From assembly GCA_038320275.1 (NCBI GenBank), contig JBBQEB010000110.1, positions 1 to 13,055 of the forward strand: a DNA stretch of 13,055 bases. The letters are read 5' to 3'. Both the position numbers and the translations under genes were made by a program. The notes under the pieces were generated by a model. It saw nothing but the letters and a program-made list of their open reading frames with translations. It had not been told where the DNA came from and did not search any database. Every line of letters begins with the position of its first letter. The stretch's first letter is position 1. Shown in pieces: positions 1 to 6,917 of the stretch. Source of the DNA: Myxococcales bacterium (GTDB lineage: Bacteria; Myxococcota; Myxococcia; Myxococcales; Anaeromyxobacteraceae).

Positions 1-1
1 C

Positions 2-178
2 ATCGCGCGCGCGCCCGGCTTCGAGGAGACGACGCGCCGTCGCGTCGCCGAGGGCGAGCGGCTCACGATCGTCCTCGGCAAGCAGGGGGCGCTCCTCGTC
101 GAGGTCGTCGGCGAGGACGGCACGCCCGCGCCCTCTGCGAAGGTGCTCCTCGACGCGACCACGCTCGGCGCGCCGCGC
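2..178 (+). CDS. 5'-truncated coding fragment resembling a carboxypeptidase-regulatory-like beta-sandwich repeat; in frame with the RmlA fragment
   Basis: Frame +2 is open from base 2: IARAPGFEETTRRRVAEGERLTIVLGKQGALLVEVVGEDGTPAPSAKVLLDATTLGAPR. 'ARAPGF' and 'GALLVEVVGEDGTPAPSAKVLL' fit the G-x-V-x-V-x(3)-G-x-P-x(3)-A-x-V pattern of CarboxypepD_reg-like repeats (recognised by eye). The RmlA GDN and DPxRFG motifs are absent. Confidence 0.5.
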
Positions 179-511
179 GTCGCCGAGGTCGGCAAGGACG
201 GCCGCATCGTCGCGATCGAGGAGAAGCCGAAGAGCCCCCGCTCCGACCTGGCTGTGACCGGCATCTACTTCTATGACGCCGGGGTCTTCGAGTTCATTCG
301 TGGCCTCGAGCCATCCGCGCGTGGCGAGCTCGAGATCACGGACGTCAACAAGGCATACATGCGCGCGGGCGAGCTGCACCACGATGTCATGAAGGGGTGG
401 TGGACGGACGCGGGCACCTTCGAGTCGCTTCAGCTCGCGAACGAGCTGGTGTACGGGGCGCGGCCGCCTGATCCCGAGGACGGGGAGGAGCCTGCGAAGG
501 GGAGGCCCTGA
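179..511 (+). CDS. rmlA: C-terminal ~110 aa of a glucose-1-phosphate thymidylyltransferase (short RmlA/SpsI type); N-terminus not present
   Basis: Motifs VAE...IEEKPKSPRSDLAVTGIYFYD, PSARGELEITDVN and WWTDAGTFESL. Lies directly upstream of rmlB and rmlD. Stop TGA at 509-511. Confidence 0.85.
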   Translation, partial: VAEVGKDGRIVAIEEKPKSPRSDLAVTGIYFYDAGVFEFIRGLEPSARGELEITDVNKAYMRAGELHHDVMKGWWTDAGTFESLQLANELVYGARPPDPEDGEEPAKGRP

Positions 512-742
512 CCGCCAGTTCGGCGGGGTAGCTCGGCTGCCCTTCAGCCGCGGCCTTCGCTCATGGCGAACGAGTTACTGATGCCGGGAGTGACCGCGGG
601 TAGTCGTGCCGTCGTTCGAATTCGGCTGTTTTGCGCCTACGCTCATGGCGAACGGGAGTGGGCGGGACCGAGCGCAACCGCCGGTGACCCCGTGGCGCCC
701 TTGGGCCGCGGCCGCTTTGCCTGCGCTCACGGTGAACGGAGT
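509..742 (+). repeat. Degenerate tandem triplication, period 82-84 bp, with a conserved 20-bp core (REP-like)
   Basis: Cores: GCCTTCGCTCATGGCGAACG (553-572), GCCTACGCTCATGGCGAACG (635-654), GCCTGCGCTCACGGTGAACG (719-738). ACCGC recurs at 511, 593 and 677 with the same 82/84 spacing. Confidence 0.8.
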
Positions 743-783
743 GCTGGCTCCCGTTTCGCGCTAGATCATCCAGAGGCAACCAC

Positions 784-1797
784 ATGAACGTCCTCGTCAC
801 AGGCGGCTCGGGCTTCATCGGCTCGAACCTGGTCCGGCTCCTCCTCGCCGAGCGCCCGTCGTGGCGCGTGGTGAACCTCGACAAGCTCACCTACGCGGGC
901 AACGCGGAGAGCCTGGCCGACGTGGAGCGCCACCCGGGCTACCGTTTCGTCCGCGCGGACATCTGCGACTGCGGCGCGGTGGGCGAGCTCCTCCGCGAGG
1001 AGAGCATCGAGGCGGTGATGCACCTCGCCGCGGAGAGTCACGTCGACCGCTCCATCCTGGCGCCGGCGGTCTTCATCGACACCAACGTGCGCGGCACGCA
1101 GGCGCTCCTGGAGGCCGCGCGCGCGGGCGGGGTGAAGCGCTTCCTGCACGTCTCCACCGACGAGGTGTACGGCTCGCTGGGGCCAGCCGGGCGCTTCACC
1201 GAGGAGACGCCGCTCGCGCCCTCCTCGCCCTACTCCGCCTCCAAGGCGGGCTCGGACCTGCTCGCGCTCGCCTACGCGCACACCTACGGCCTGCACGTGG
1301 TGGTGACGCGCTGCTCCAACAACTACGGTCCCTTCCAGTTCCCGGAGAAGCTCATCCCGCTCATGATCGCGAACGCGCTGCGCGATCTCCCGCTCCCGGT
1401 CTACGGCGACGGCAAGAACGTCCGCGACTGGATCCACGTCGAGGATCACTGCCGCGGGCTCGTTGCCGCGCTGGAGAAGGGCAAGTCGGGGCAGGTCTAC
1501 AACTTCGGCGCTGCGAGCGAGCGGCACAACATCGACATCGTGAAGGAGGTGCTGCGCCTCGTGGGCAAGCCTGAGTCGCTCATCCAGTACGTGAAGGACC
1601 GGGCCGGCCACGATCGCCGCTACGCCATCGACGCGGCCAAGGCCAGGCGCGAGCTCTCCTGGGCCCCGCGCCACCGCTTCGAGGAGGCGCTCGCGGCGAC
1701 GGTCGCCTGGTACCGCGAGCACCGCGGCTGGTGGGAGCGCGTCCTCACCGGCGAGTACCTCGCCTACTACGAGAAGCAGTACGGGGCGCGGGCGTGA
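784..1797 (+). CDS. rmlB: dTDP-glucose 4,6-dehydratase, 337 aa
   Basis: GGSGFIG Rossmann motif, DKLTYAGN, HLAAESHVDRS, STDEVYG, YSASK, NNYGP, FPEKLIP, DRAGHDRRYAID. SD-like GAGG at 773-776. Confidence 0.97.
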   Translation: MNVLVTGGSGFIGSNLVRLLLAERPSWRVVNLDKLTYAGNAESLADVERHPGYRFVRADICDCGAVGELLREESIEAVMHLAAESHVDRSILAPAVFIDTNVRGTQALLEAARAGGVKRFLHVSTDEVYGSLGPAGRFTEETPLAPSSPYSASKAGSDLLALAYAHTYGLHVVVTRCSNNYGPFQFPEKLIPLMIANALRDLPLPVYGDGKNVRDWIHVEDHCRGLVAALEKGKSGQVYNFGAASERHNIDIVKEVLRLVGKPESLIQYVKDRAGHDRRYAIDAAKARRELSWAPRHRFEEALAATVAWYREHRGWWERVLTGEYLAYYEKQYGARA

Positions 1798-1882
1798 ACC
1801 TCCGCTGCCTCCGCCCGAGCGACGATCGAGCGCGCCAAGCAGGCTGGCCCCCCGCCGGTCGTCGCGCGTCAGGAGCGTCACT

Positions 1883-2815
1883 GTGAGGGTCGCCGTCACC
1901 GGCGCCAACGGCCTCCTCGGCGGCGAGGCGGTGGCCCAGCTCGCGGCCGCGGGGCACGAGACCCTCGCCCTGGGACGAGGCGCCTGCCGGCTGTCCCCGG
2001 AAGCGTTCGTCCCGCCCATCCCTCCAGCCGGCTTCAGCTACCGCGAGGTGGACCTCGCCGACGCGCCGGGCCTGGAGCGGGCGCTCCTCGAGTTCCGCGC
2101 CGAGGCGGTGCTGCACGCCGGGGCCATGACCGACGTGGACGGCTGCGAGCGCGATCCCGCGGGAGCCTGGAAGACCAACGTGGAAGGCACCGCCGCCGTC
2201 GCCCGCGCCTGCCGGGCGCTCGGGGCGCGCCTCGTGGCGGTGTCCACCGACTACGTCTTCGACGGCGAGGCGGGGCCGTACCACGAGGACGATCGCCCGA
2301 ACCCCCGCGGCGCGTACGCGCGCTCGAAGCGCTGCGGCGAGGAGGCGGCACTGCTGCTCGCGCCGGACTGCGCCGTGGCGCGGGTGGCGGTCGTCTACAG
2401 CGGCCGCCCGGGCGCGAAGAGCACCTTCGCCACGCAGGTCGTCGAGAAGCTCTCCCGTGGCCAGCCGGTCCACGCCTTCTCCGACCAGGTCGTGTCGCCC
2501 ACGCTTGCAGCCAGCGCCGCCGCCATGACGCTGGAGCTCCTGCTGGAGCACCGCGGCTACCAGGGCGTGCTGCACACGGCGGGCGCCACCGCCGTGGATC
2601 GGGTGGCCTTCGCCCGGGCGGTGGCGAGCCGCTTCGGCCTCTCCGGCGAGATCGTCCCGGTGCGCACCGCCGACGTGAAGCTCCTCGCCCCGCGGCCCCT
2701 CCGCTCCGGCCTGCGGGTCGATCGCGCCGCGGCGCTGCTGCGATCGAAGCCGCTCCAGCAGGCCGAGGCGCTGGACAGGTTTCACACCGAATGGTCGCGG
2801 CGGGGCCAGGCGTGA
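1883..2815 (+). CDS. rmlD: dTDP-4-dehydrorhamnose reductase family protein, 310 aa
   Basis: GANGLLG, TDVDGCE, STDYVFDG, catalytic YARSK, DQVVSPT, APRP. GTG start with AGGAG at 1871-1875. Confidence 0.92.
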   Translation: MRVAVTGANGLLGGEAVAQLAAAGHETLALGRGACRLSPEAFVPPIPPAGFSYREVDLADAPGLERALLEFRAEAVLHAGAMTDVDGCERDPAGAWKTNVEGTAAVARACRALGARLVAVSTDYVFDGEAGPYHEDDRPNPRGAYARSKRCGEEAALLLAPDCAVARVAVVYSGRPGAKSTFATQVVEKLSRGQPVHAFSDQVVSPTLAASAAAMTLELLLEHRGYQGVLHTAGATAVDRVAFARAVASRFGLSGEIVPVRTADVKLLAPRPLRSGLRVDRAAALLRSKPLQQAEALDRFHTEWSRRGQA

Positions 2816-3609
2816 CCGCGCTCGCAGCGCCCTTCACCGCGCTCTGGCGCTTCCGCGAGCTGGTGGGGCTGCTCGTCGCGCGCGACCTCAAGGTCCGCTA
2901 CAAGCGCAGCGTCCTCGGGATGGGGTGGACGCTCCTCAACCCTCTTCTACAGATGCTGGTCTACACGCTCGTCTTCTCCACCATCATGAAGGTGGGCGTG
3001 GCGCAGTTCCCGGTCTTCCTCCTGGCCGGGCTCCTGCCCTGGACGCTCATCTCCGTCTCGGTCACCGGCGCCGCCCACTGCCTCATCAACAACCAGGGGC
3101 TCATCCGCAAGGTGGCCGTGCCGCAGATGGTCTATCCACTCTCGGTGGTGGCCTCCAAGCTCGTCGACCTCCTGCTGTCGCTCCTCCCGCTGGCGCTGCT
3201 GGCCCTCGCGCTCGGGCGCCCGCCTTCGCTGGCCTGGCTCTCGCTCGTCCCCACCCTCGCGCTCGCAGCCATCTTCTCGGCCGGGCTGGCGCTCCTCTTC
3301 GCGTCACTCACGGTGTTCTACCGGGACATGCGCCACCTCATCGACATCCTGATGCAGGTGTGGTTCTACGTGACGCCGGTGCTCTACCCGCTCTCCTTCC
3401 TCGAGAAGCTCCCGTACCGGTGGCTCCGCGGCGCCATGCTCCTCAATCCCGCAACACCCGTGGTACGGCTCTTCCAGCTCCCCATCTACGAGGGGCGCGC
3501 GCCCGGCGCGGCGGAATTTGGCCAGGCCGCCGTGGCCGCGTTCGGCGTGCTCGTGGTGGGGGTGCTGGTCTTCCTCCGCCACGAGGACGACCACATCCAC
3601 CACTTCTAG
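2812..3609 (+). CDS. wzm: ABC-2 polysaccharide export permease, 265 aa
   Basis: RDLKVRYKRSVLGMGWTLLNPLL, YRDMRH, WFYVTPVLYP and LNP motifs; several hydrophobic segments. GTG start overlaps the rmlD stop (GTGA 2812-2815). Confidence 0.93.
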   Translation: MTALAAPFTALWRFRELVGLLVARDLKVRYKRSVLGMGWTLLNPLLQMLVYTLVFSTIMKVGVAQFPVFLLAGLLPWTLISVSVTGAAHCLINNQGLIRKVAVPQMVYPLSVVASKLVDLLLSLLPLALLALALGRPPSLAWLSLVPTLALAAIFSAGLALLFASLTVFYRDMRHLIDILMQVWFYVTPVLYPLSFLEKLPYRWLRGAMLLNPATPVVRLFQLPIYEGRAPGAAEFGQAAVAAFGVLVVGVLVFLRHEDDHIHHF

Positions 3610-3614
3610 ACCCC

Positions 3615-4382
3615 ATGCCGGGCACCATCTCCTTCAGCGACGCAGGCATGAGCTTCCGGCTGTACCGGGAGCGCGTCGACACGCTCAAGGAGGCTGCGCT
3701 GGGCCTCTTCCAGCACCGCAAGCGCTACGAGGAGTTCTGGGCCTTGCGCCACGCCAGCTTCGACGTCCGGGCGGGCGAGTCGCTGGGGCTCATCGGGCAC
3801 AATGGCTCGGGCAAGTCGACGCTCCTCAAGATGGCGGCCGGCGTGCTGAAGCCCACCGAGGGCAAGGTCCAGGTCGAGGGGCGAATCTCGCCCATGATCG
3901 AGCTCGCAGCAGGGTTCGACCCCGACCTCACCGGCCGCGACAACATCTTCCTCAATGGCGCGCTCATGGGCCATTCCAAGCGGGAGATGACCGCCAAGCT
4001 CGGGCGCATCATCGAGTTCAGCGAGCTCGGCGACTTCATCGATCAGCCGGTGAAGAACTACTCCTCCGGCATGTACGCCCGCCTCGGCTTCGCCATCGCC
4101 GCCGACGTCGACCCCGAGATCCTCATCATCGACGAGGTGCTGGCGGTGGGCGACGAGCGCTTCCAGGCGAAGTGCATGGAGCGCATCCAGTCCATCCGGA
4201 AGGGCGGCTGCACCATCTTTTACGTCTCCCACGGCATGGGGTCGGTGCAGTCGCTGTGCGACAGGGTGCTCGTCTTGCACCACGGCGCGCTCGTGTTCGA
4301 CGGCGAGCCGGCAGCGGCGGTGGAGCGCTACCGGGAGCTGCAAGGCTTCACGCCCGACACGGCGCAGGCTCGCACCGCATGA
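3615..4382 (+). CDS. wzt: Polysaccharide ABC transporter ATP-binding subunit, 255 aa, no C-terminal carbohydrate-binding domain
   Basis: Walker A GHNGSGKST, signature YSSGM, Walker B ILIIDE, AVGD and H-loop VSH. ATG at 3615, 5 nt after the wzm stop. The ORF-track start at 2925 is an over-extension. Confidence 0.94.
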   Translation: MPGTISFSDAGMSFRLYRERVDTLKEAALGLFQHRKRYEEFWALRHASFDVRAGESLGLIGHNGSGKSTLLKMAAGVLKPTEGKVQVEGRISPMIELAAGFDPDLTGRDNIFLNGALMGHSKREMTAKLGRIIEFSELGDFIDQPVKNYSSGMYARLGFAIAADVDPEILIIDEVLAVGDERFQAKCMERIQSIRKGGCTIFYVSHGMGSVQSLCDRVLVLHHGALVFDGEPAAAVERYRELQGFTPDTAQARTA

Positions 4383-5650
4383 AGATCGTCTGGCACTGCG
4401 AGGACCGGGTGGGCGCGGAGATGGCGGGACCGGGCATCCGCATGGTGGAACTGGCCCGCCGGCTGGCGGAGCGCCACGCGGTGAGGGTGGCGGCCCCCGG
4501 CGCGACCGAGCTCGCCTCCTCGGAGCCCTTCGCCCGCGGCGAGCCGGAAGGCTTCGCGGCGGCGCTCCGGGGCGCGGACGTGCTCGTCACGCAGGGCTTC
4601 AAGTTCCCGCTCGCGCTCGCGCTCCGCTTTCGGGGCCGGCTGGTGCTCGACCTCTACGATCCGGTGCAGCTCGAGCAGCTCGCGCAGTTCGGCCCGCGCG
4701 CCACCGCGTCCGAGCGCATCTCGCTCGCCCACGTGCGTCTGCGCCTCCTCGCGCTCTTGCGGAGGGCCGATCACGTCCTGTGCGCCTCGCCTGCGCAGCG
4801 CGCGTTCTGGCTGGGCTGGCTCGGCGCCGCCGGAAGGCTGGGGCCCAGCGCCCTGGAGGACGATCCCGAAGGTCGGCGCCTCGTCGCGCTCGTCCCCTTC
4901 GGACTCCCGGACGCTCCCCCCGTTCCCCGGCCGGGCGCGCTGCGCGCGGCGCTGGGGCTCGCCGAGACCGATGCGCTGGCGCTCTTCTGGGGAGGCATGT
5001 GGGACTGGATGGACCCGGCGCTGGCGGTCCGCGCGATTTCCGAGCTCCGCGACGCCGGCCGCTCCGTTCACCTGGTGCTGCTCGCCGGCGCCCGCCCCGG
5101 CGGGAGCACCATGCACGCGGCCGCCGACGAGGCGCGCCACGCCACGCTGGCGCTGGGCCTCTCCGCCCAGGTGCACTTCATCGACCGCTGGGTACCCTAC
5201 GCCGAGCGCGGAGCGGTGCTCCTCGAGGCGGACCTCGCCGTGACCGCGCATCGCCCCAGCCTGGAGGCGGAGCTCGCCTTCCGGACACGCCTCCTCGACT
5301 GTCTCTGGGCGCGCCTGCCGGTGGCCTGCACCCGAGGCGATGCGCTGGCGGCGGAGGCGGAGCGCGAGGGGTGGGGCGCGGCCGCCGAGCCGGGCGACGC
5401 CAAGGGCCTGGGGGGTGCGATGGCGGCGCTCCTCGAGCCGGCCGGCCGCGAGCGCGCGCGCGCCTCATGCCACGCCTCGGCCGAGCGATACCTCTGGTCG
5501 CGCTCGGCGGCGACCCTCCTCGAGCTCCTGGAGGCGCCGCCCCCGCCCAGGCCCGGGCTCGCCTCGGCGGCTGAGTTCCTGGGAGAGAGCCCGCTCTCCG
5601 TCGCGCGGGCGCTGGGCGCCAAGGTGCTCGGCAGGATGTTCCGGCGGTAG
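4379..5650 (+). CDS. Glycosyltransferase, GT-B fold, GT4-like, 423 aa
   Basis: MKIVW...MAGPGIRMVELARRL, VLDLYDP, FWGGMWDWMDP, WVPYAER, AFRTRLLDCLWARLPV. ATG overlaps the wzt stop (ATGA 4379-4382). Confidence 0.85.
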   Translation: MKIVWHCEDRVGAEMAGPGIRMVELARRLAERHAVRVAAPGATELASSEPFARGEPEGFAAALRGADVLVTQGFKFPLALALRFRGRLVLDLYDPVQLEQLAQFGPRATASERISLAHVRLRLLALLRRADHVLCASPAQRAFWLGWLGAAGRLGPSALEDDPEGRRLVALVPFGLPDAPPVPRPGALRAALGLAETDALALFWGGMWDWMDPALAVRAISELRDAGRSVHLVLLAGARPGGSTMHAAADEARHATLALGLSAQVHFIDRWVPYAERGAVLLEADLAVTAHRPSLEAELAFRTRLLDCLWARLPVACTRGDALAAEAEREGWGAAAEPGDAKGLGGAMAALLEPAGRERARASCHASAERYLWSRSAATLLELLEAPPPPRPGLASAAEFLGESPLSVARALGAKVLGRMFRR

Positions 5651-5662
5651 CCCCCCCGCCGG
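5641..5662. terminator. Short GC hairpin at the junction of the convergent GT4 and GT2 genes
   Basis: CCGGCGG (5641-5647), 8-nt loop, CCGCCGG (5656-5662). No U-tract on either strand, so weak. Confidence 0.25.
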
Positions 5663-6631
5663 TCAGCGCGGTCCCGCGATGGGATCCGCTCCGTGCGGGA
5701 ACTGGGCGTCGTGCCGGAATCGCTTTCCGAGCGCCTGGAGAGCGGCCAGGGCGCCCGCTCCCGCCGCTCTCAGATGGGCGGAGGCGTGGGCGGGCTTCCC
5801 CCGGACGAGCTCGAGCGGCGCCTTCACGGTGGCGCGGAAGAGGGTGACGAGCGGAGCCACGGTCACCGCCCACGGCAGCGGCAGGTGCGTCGCCATGAAC
5901 CGCATGTGATTGCGGGCGAGGAGGTAGCGCTGCTTGGGCGAGCCTGTCCCGAAGCTCTTGCCGTACCCGTGCAGCGCCCGCGCCGAGGACACATAGCGCG
6001 CCTGGATCCCGAGCCCGGCAGCCCGGAGCGAGAGGTCCACGTCCTCGTAGTAGGCGAAGTACGCCGGGTCGAAGAGCCCCATGCGGCGCAGCGACGAGGT
6101 GCGGAAGAGCGCCGCCCCCCCGCTGATGCCGCCCACCGGTCCATCCTGGGTGGCGAGGTCCGCCAGCGGCACCCCGAAGTCGCGGTCGCGCGCCCGCCCG
6201 AAGGTGTCGAAGCACAGGCCGGTGGAGTTCACGAGCTGCGGGTTGTCGGCGAAGAGCAGGAGCCCGCCCAGGATTCCCGCCTCGGGGTGAGCGTCGCCGG
6301 CCTCGATGAGCCGGTCGACCCAGTCGGGCTCGAGCGCCACGTCGCTGTTCACGATCCCGACCCAGCGGGCGCCGGAGGCGATGGCGCGCCGGATGCCGAC
6401 GTTGTTCGCGCCGGCGAACCCGACGTTCTTGCCCAGCGCAAGCCACTCCACCCCGGGTGTGGCCTCCACTACGGCGCGGCTGTCGTCGGTGGAGCCGTTG
6501 TCCACCACCAGCACGTGGACGGGGCGCGCCAGGCCGGTGAGCGAGGCGAGGCACCCTGGAAGGAGCCGGGCGCCGTTCCAGTTCACCACGATGATCCAGA
6601 TCTCGCGCTCCAAGCGGCCTGCGCGTACCAT
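5663..6631 (-). CDS. Glycosyltransferase family 2 (WbbL/rhamnosyltransferase-like), 322 aa
   Basis: IIVVNWN, VVDNGSTD, NVGFAGANN, NSD, GLFDPAYFAYYEDVDLSLR and RNH motifs. Confidence 0.9.
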   Translation of the reverse strand: MVRAGRLEREIWIIVVNWNGARLLPGCLASLTGLARPVHVLVVDNGSTDDSRAVVEATPGVEWLALGKNVGFAGANNVGIRRAIASGARWVGIVNSDVALEPDWVDRLIEAGDAHPEAGILGGLLLFADNPQLVNSTGLCFDTFGRARDRDFGVPLADLATQDGPVGGISGGAALFRTSSLRRMGLFDPAYFAYYEDVDLSLRAAGLGIQARYVSSARALHGYGKSFGTGSPKQRYLLARNHMRFMATHLPLPWAVTVAPLVTLFRATVKAPLELVRGKPAHASAHLRAAGAGALAALQALGKRFRHDAQFPHGADPIAGPR

Positions 6632-6917
6632 GCGCTTCGCGGGGTGGTCAAGGCGCGCCTGCCCCTCCGCCGTTCGCGCACAGTGTCACCCCGGAGTCAC
6701 ACCCTCTCGCCCAGGAAGGAGCAACCCTGCGCGCCTCCGGGCCGGCGGACCCGGCGGTCCGCAACGTGCAAATTCAGGTGCGCTCCGGGAGATGCGGGAA
6801 CGTGTCCGTCGTGGTGGGAGCACCATGAAGCCCTGTCACAGGTTCATGCGGTTACGGGGGGCCGCGCCGGTGGGTAGGCTTCCGGCGCAGGTGTGATTCA
6901 TGGTGCGGGGGTCGAGC
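6632..6917. promoter_or_regulatory. Divergent intergenic control region (GT2 leftward, initiating transferase rightward) with several inverted and direct repeats
   Basis: GTCAC direct repeat with 11-bp period (6685, 6696). Hairpin GCGGACC/GGTCCGC (6745-6762). Dyad CATGAA-GC-CCTGT-C-ACAGG-TTCATG (6824-6848). Weak sigma70-like TTACGG-N17-TAGGCT (6852-6880). Confidence 0.45.

Noticed and set aside
553..738. Three regularly spaced repeats as a mini-CRISPR array
   Set aside because: The cores are only 20 bp and degenerate. The intervening 62-64 bp segments are long and resemble each other. No cas genes are present.
563..787. 74-aa ORF (MANELL...) and antisense ORF 561..890
   Set aside because: They lie over the repeat array, have atypical codon use and show no recognisable motif. 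The stop of 563..787 does overlap the rmlB ATG, so a leader ORF is not strictly excluded.
1848..1860. CCCCCCGCCGGTC, repeated at 5652-5664
   Set aside because: A low-complexity, almost all-GC 13-mer, plausible by chance at this GC content.
5643..5652. GGCGGTAG resembling the RfaH ops element
   Set aside because: It lacks the downstream TG of GGCGGTAGnnTG. It is simply the last codons and stop of GT4, at the end of the operon rather than in a leader.
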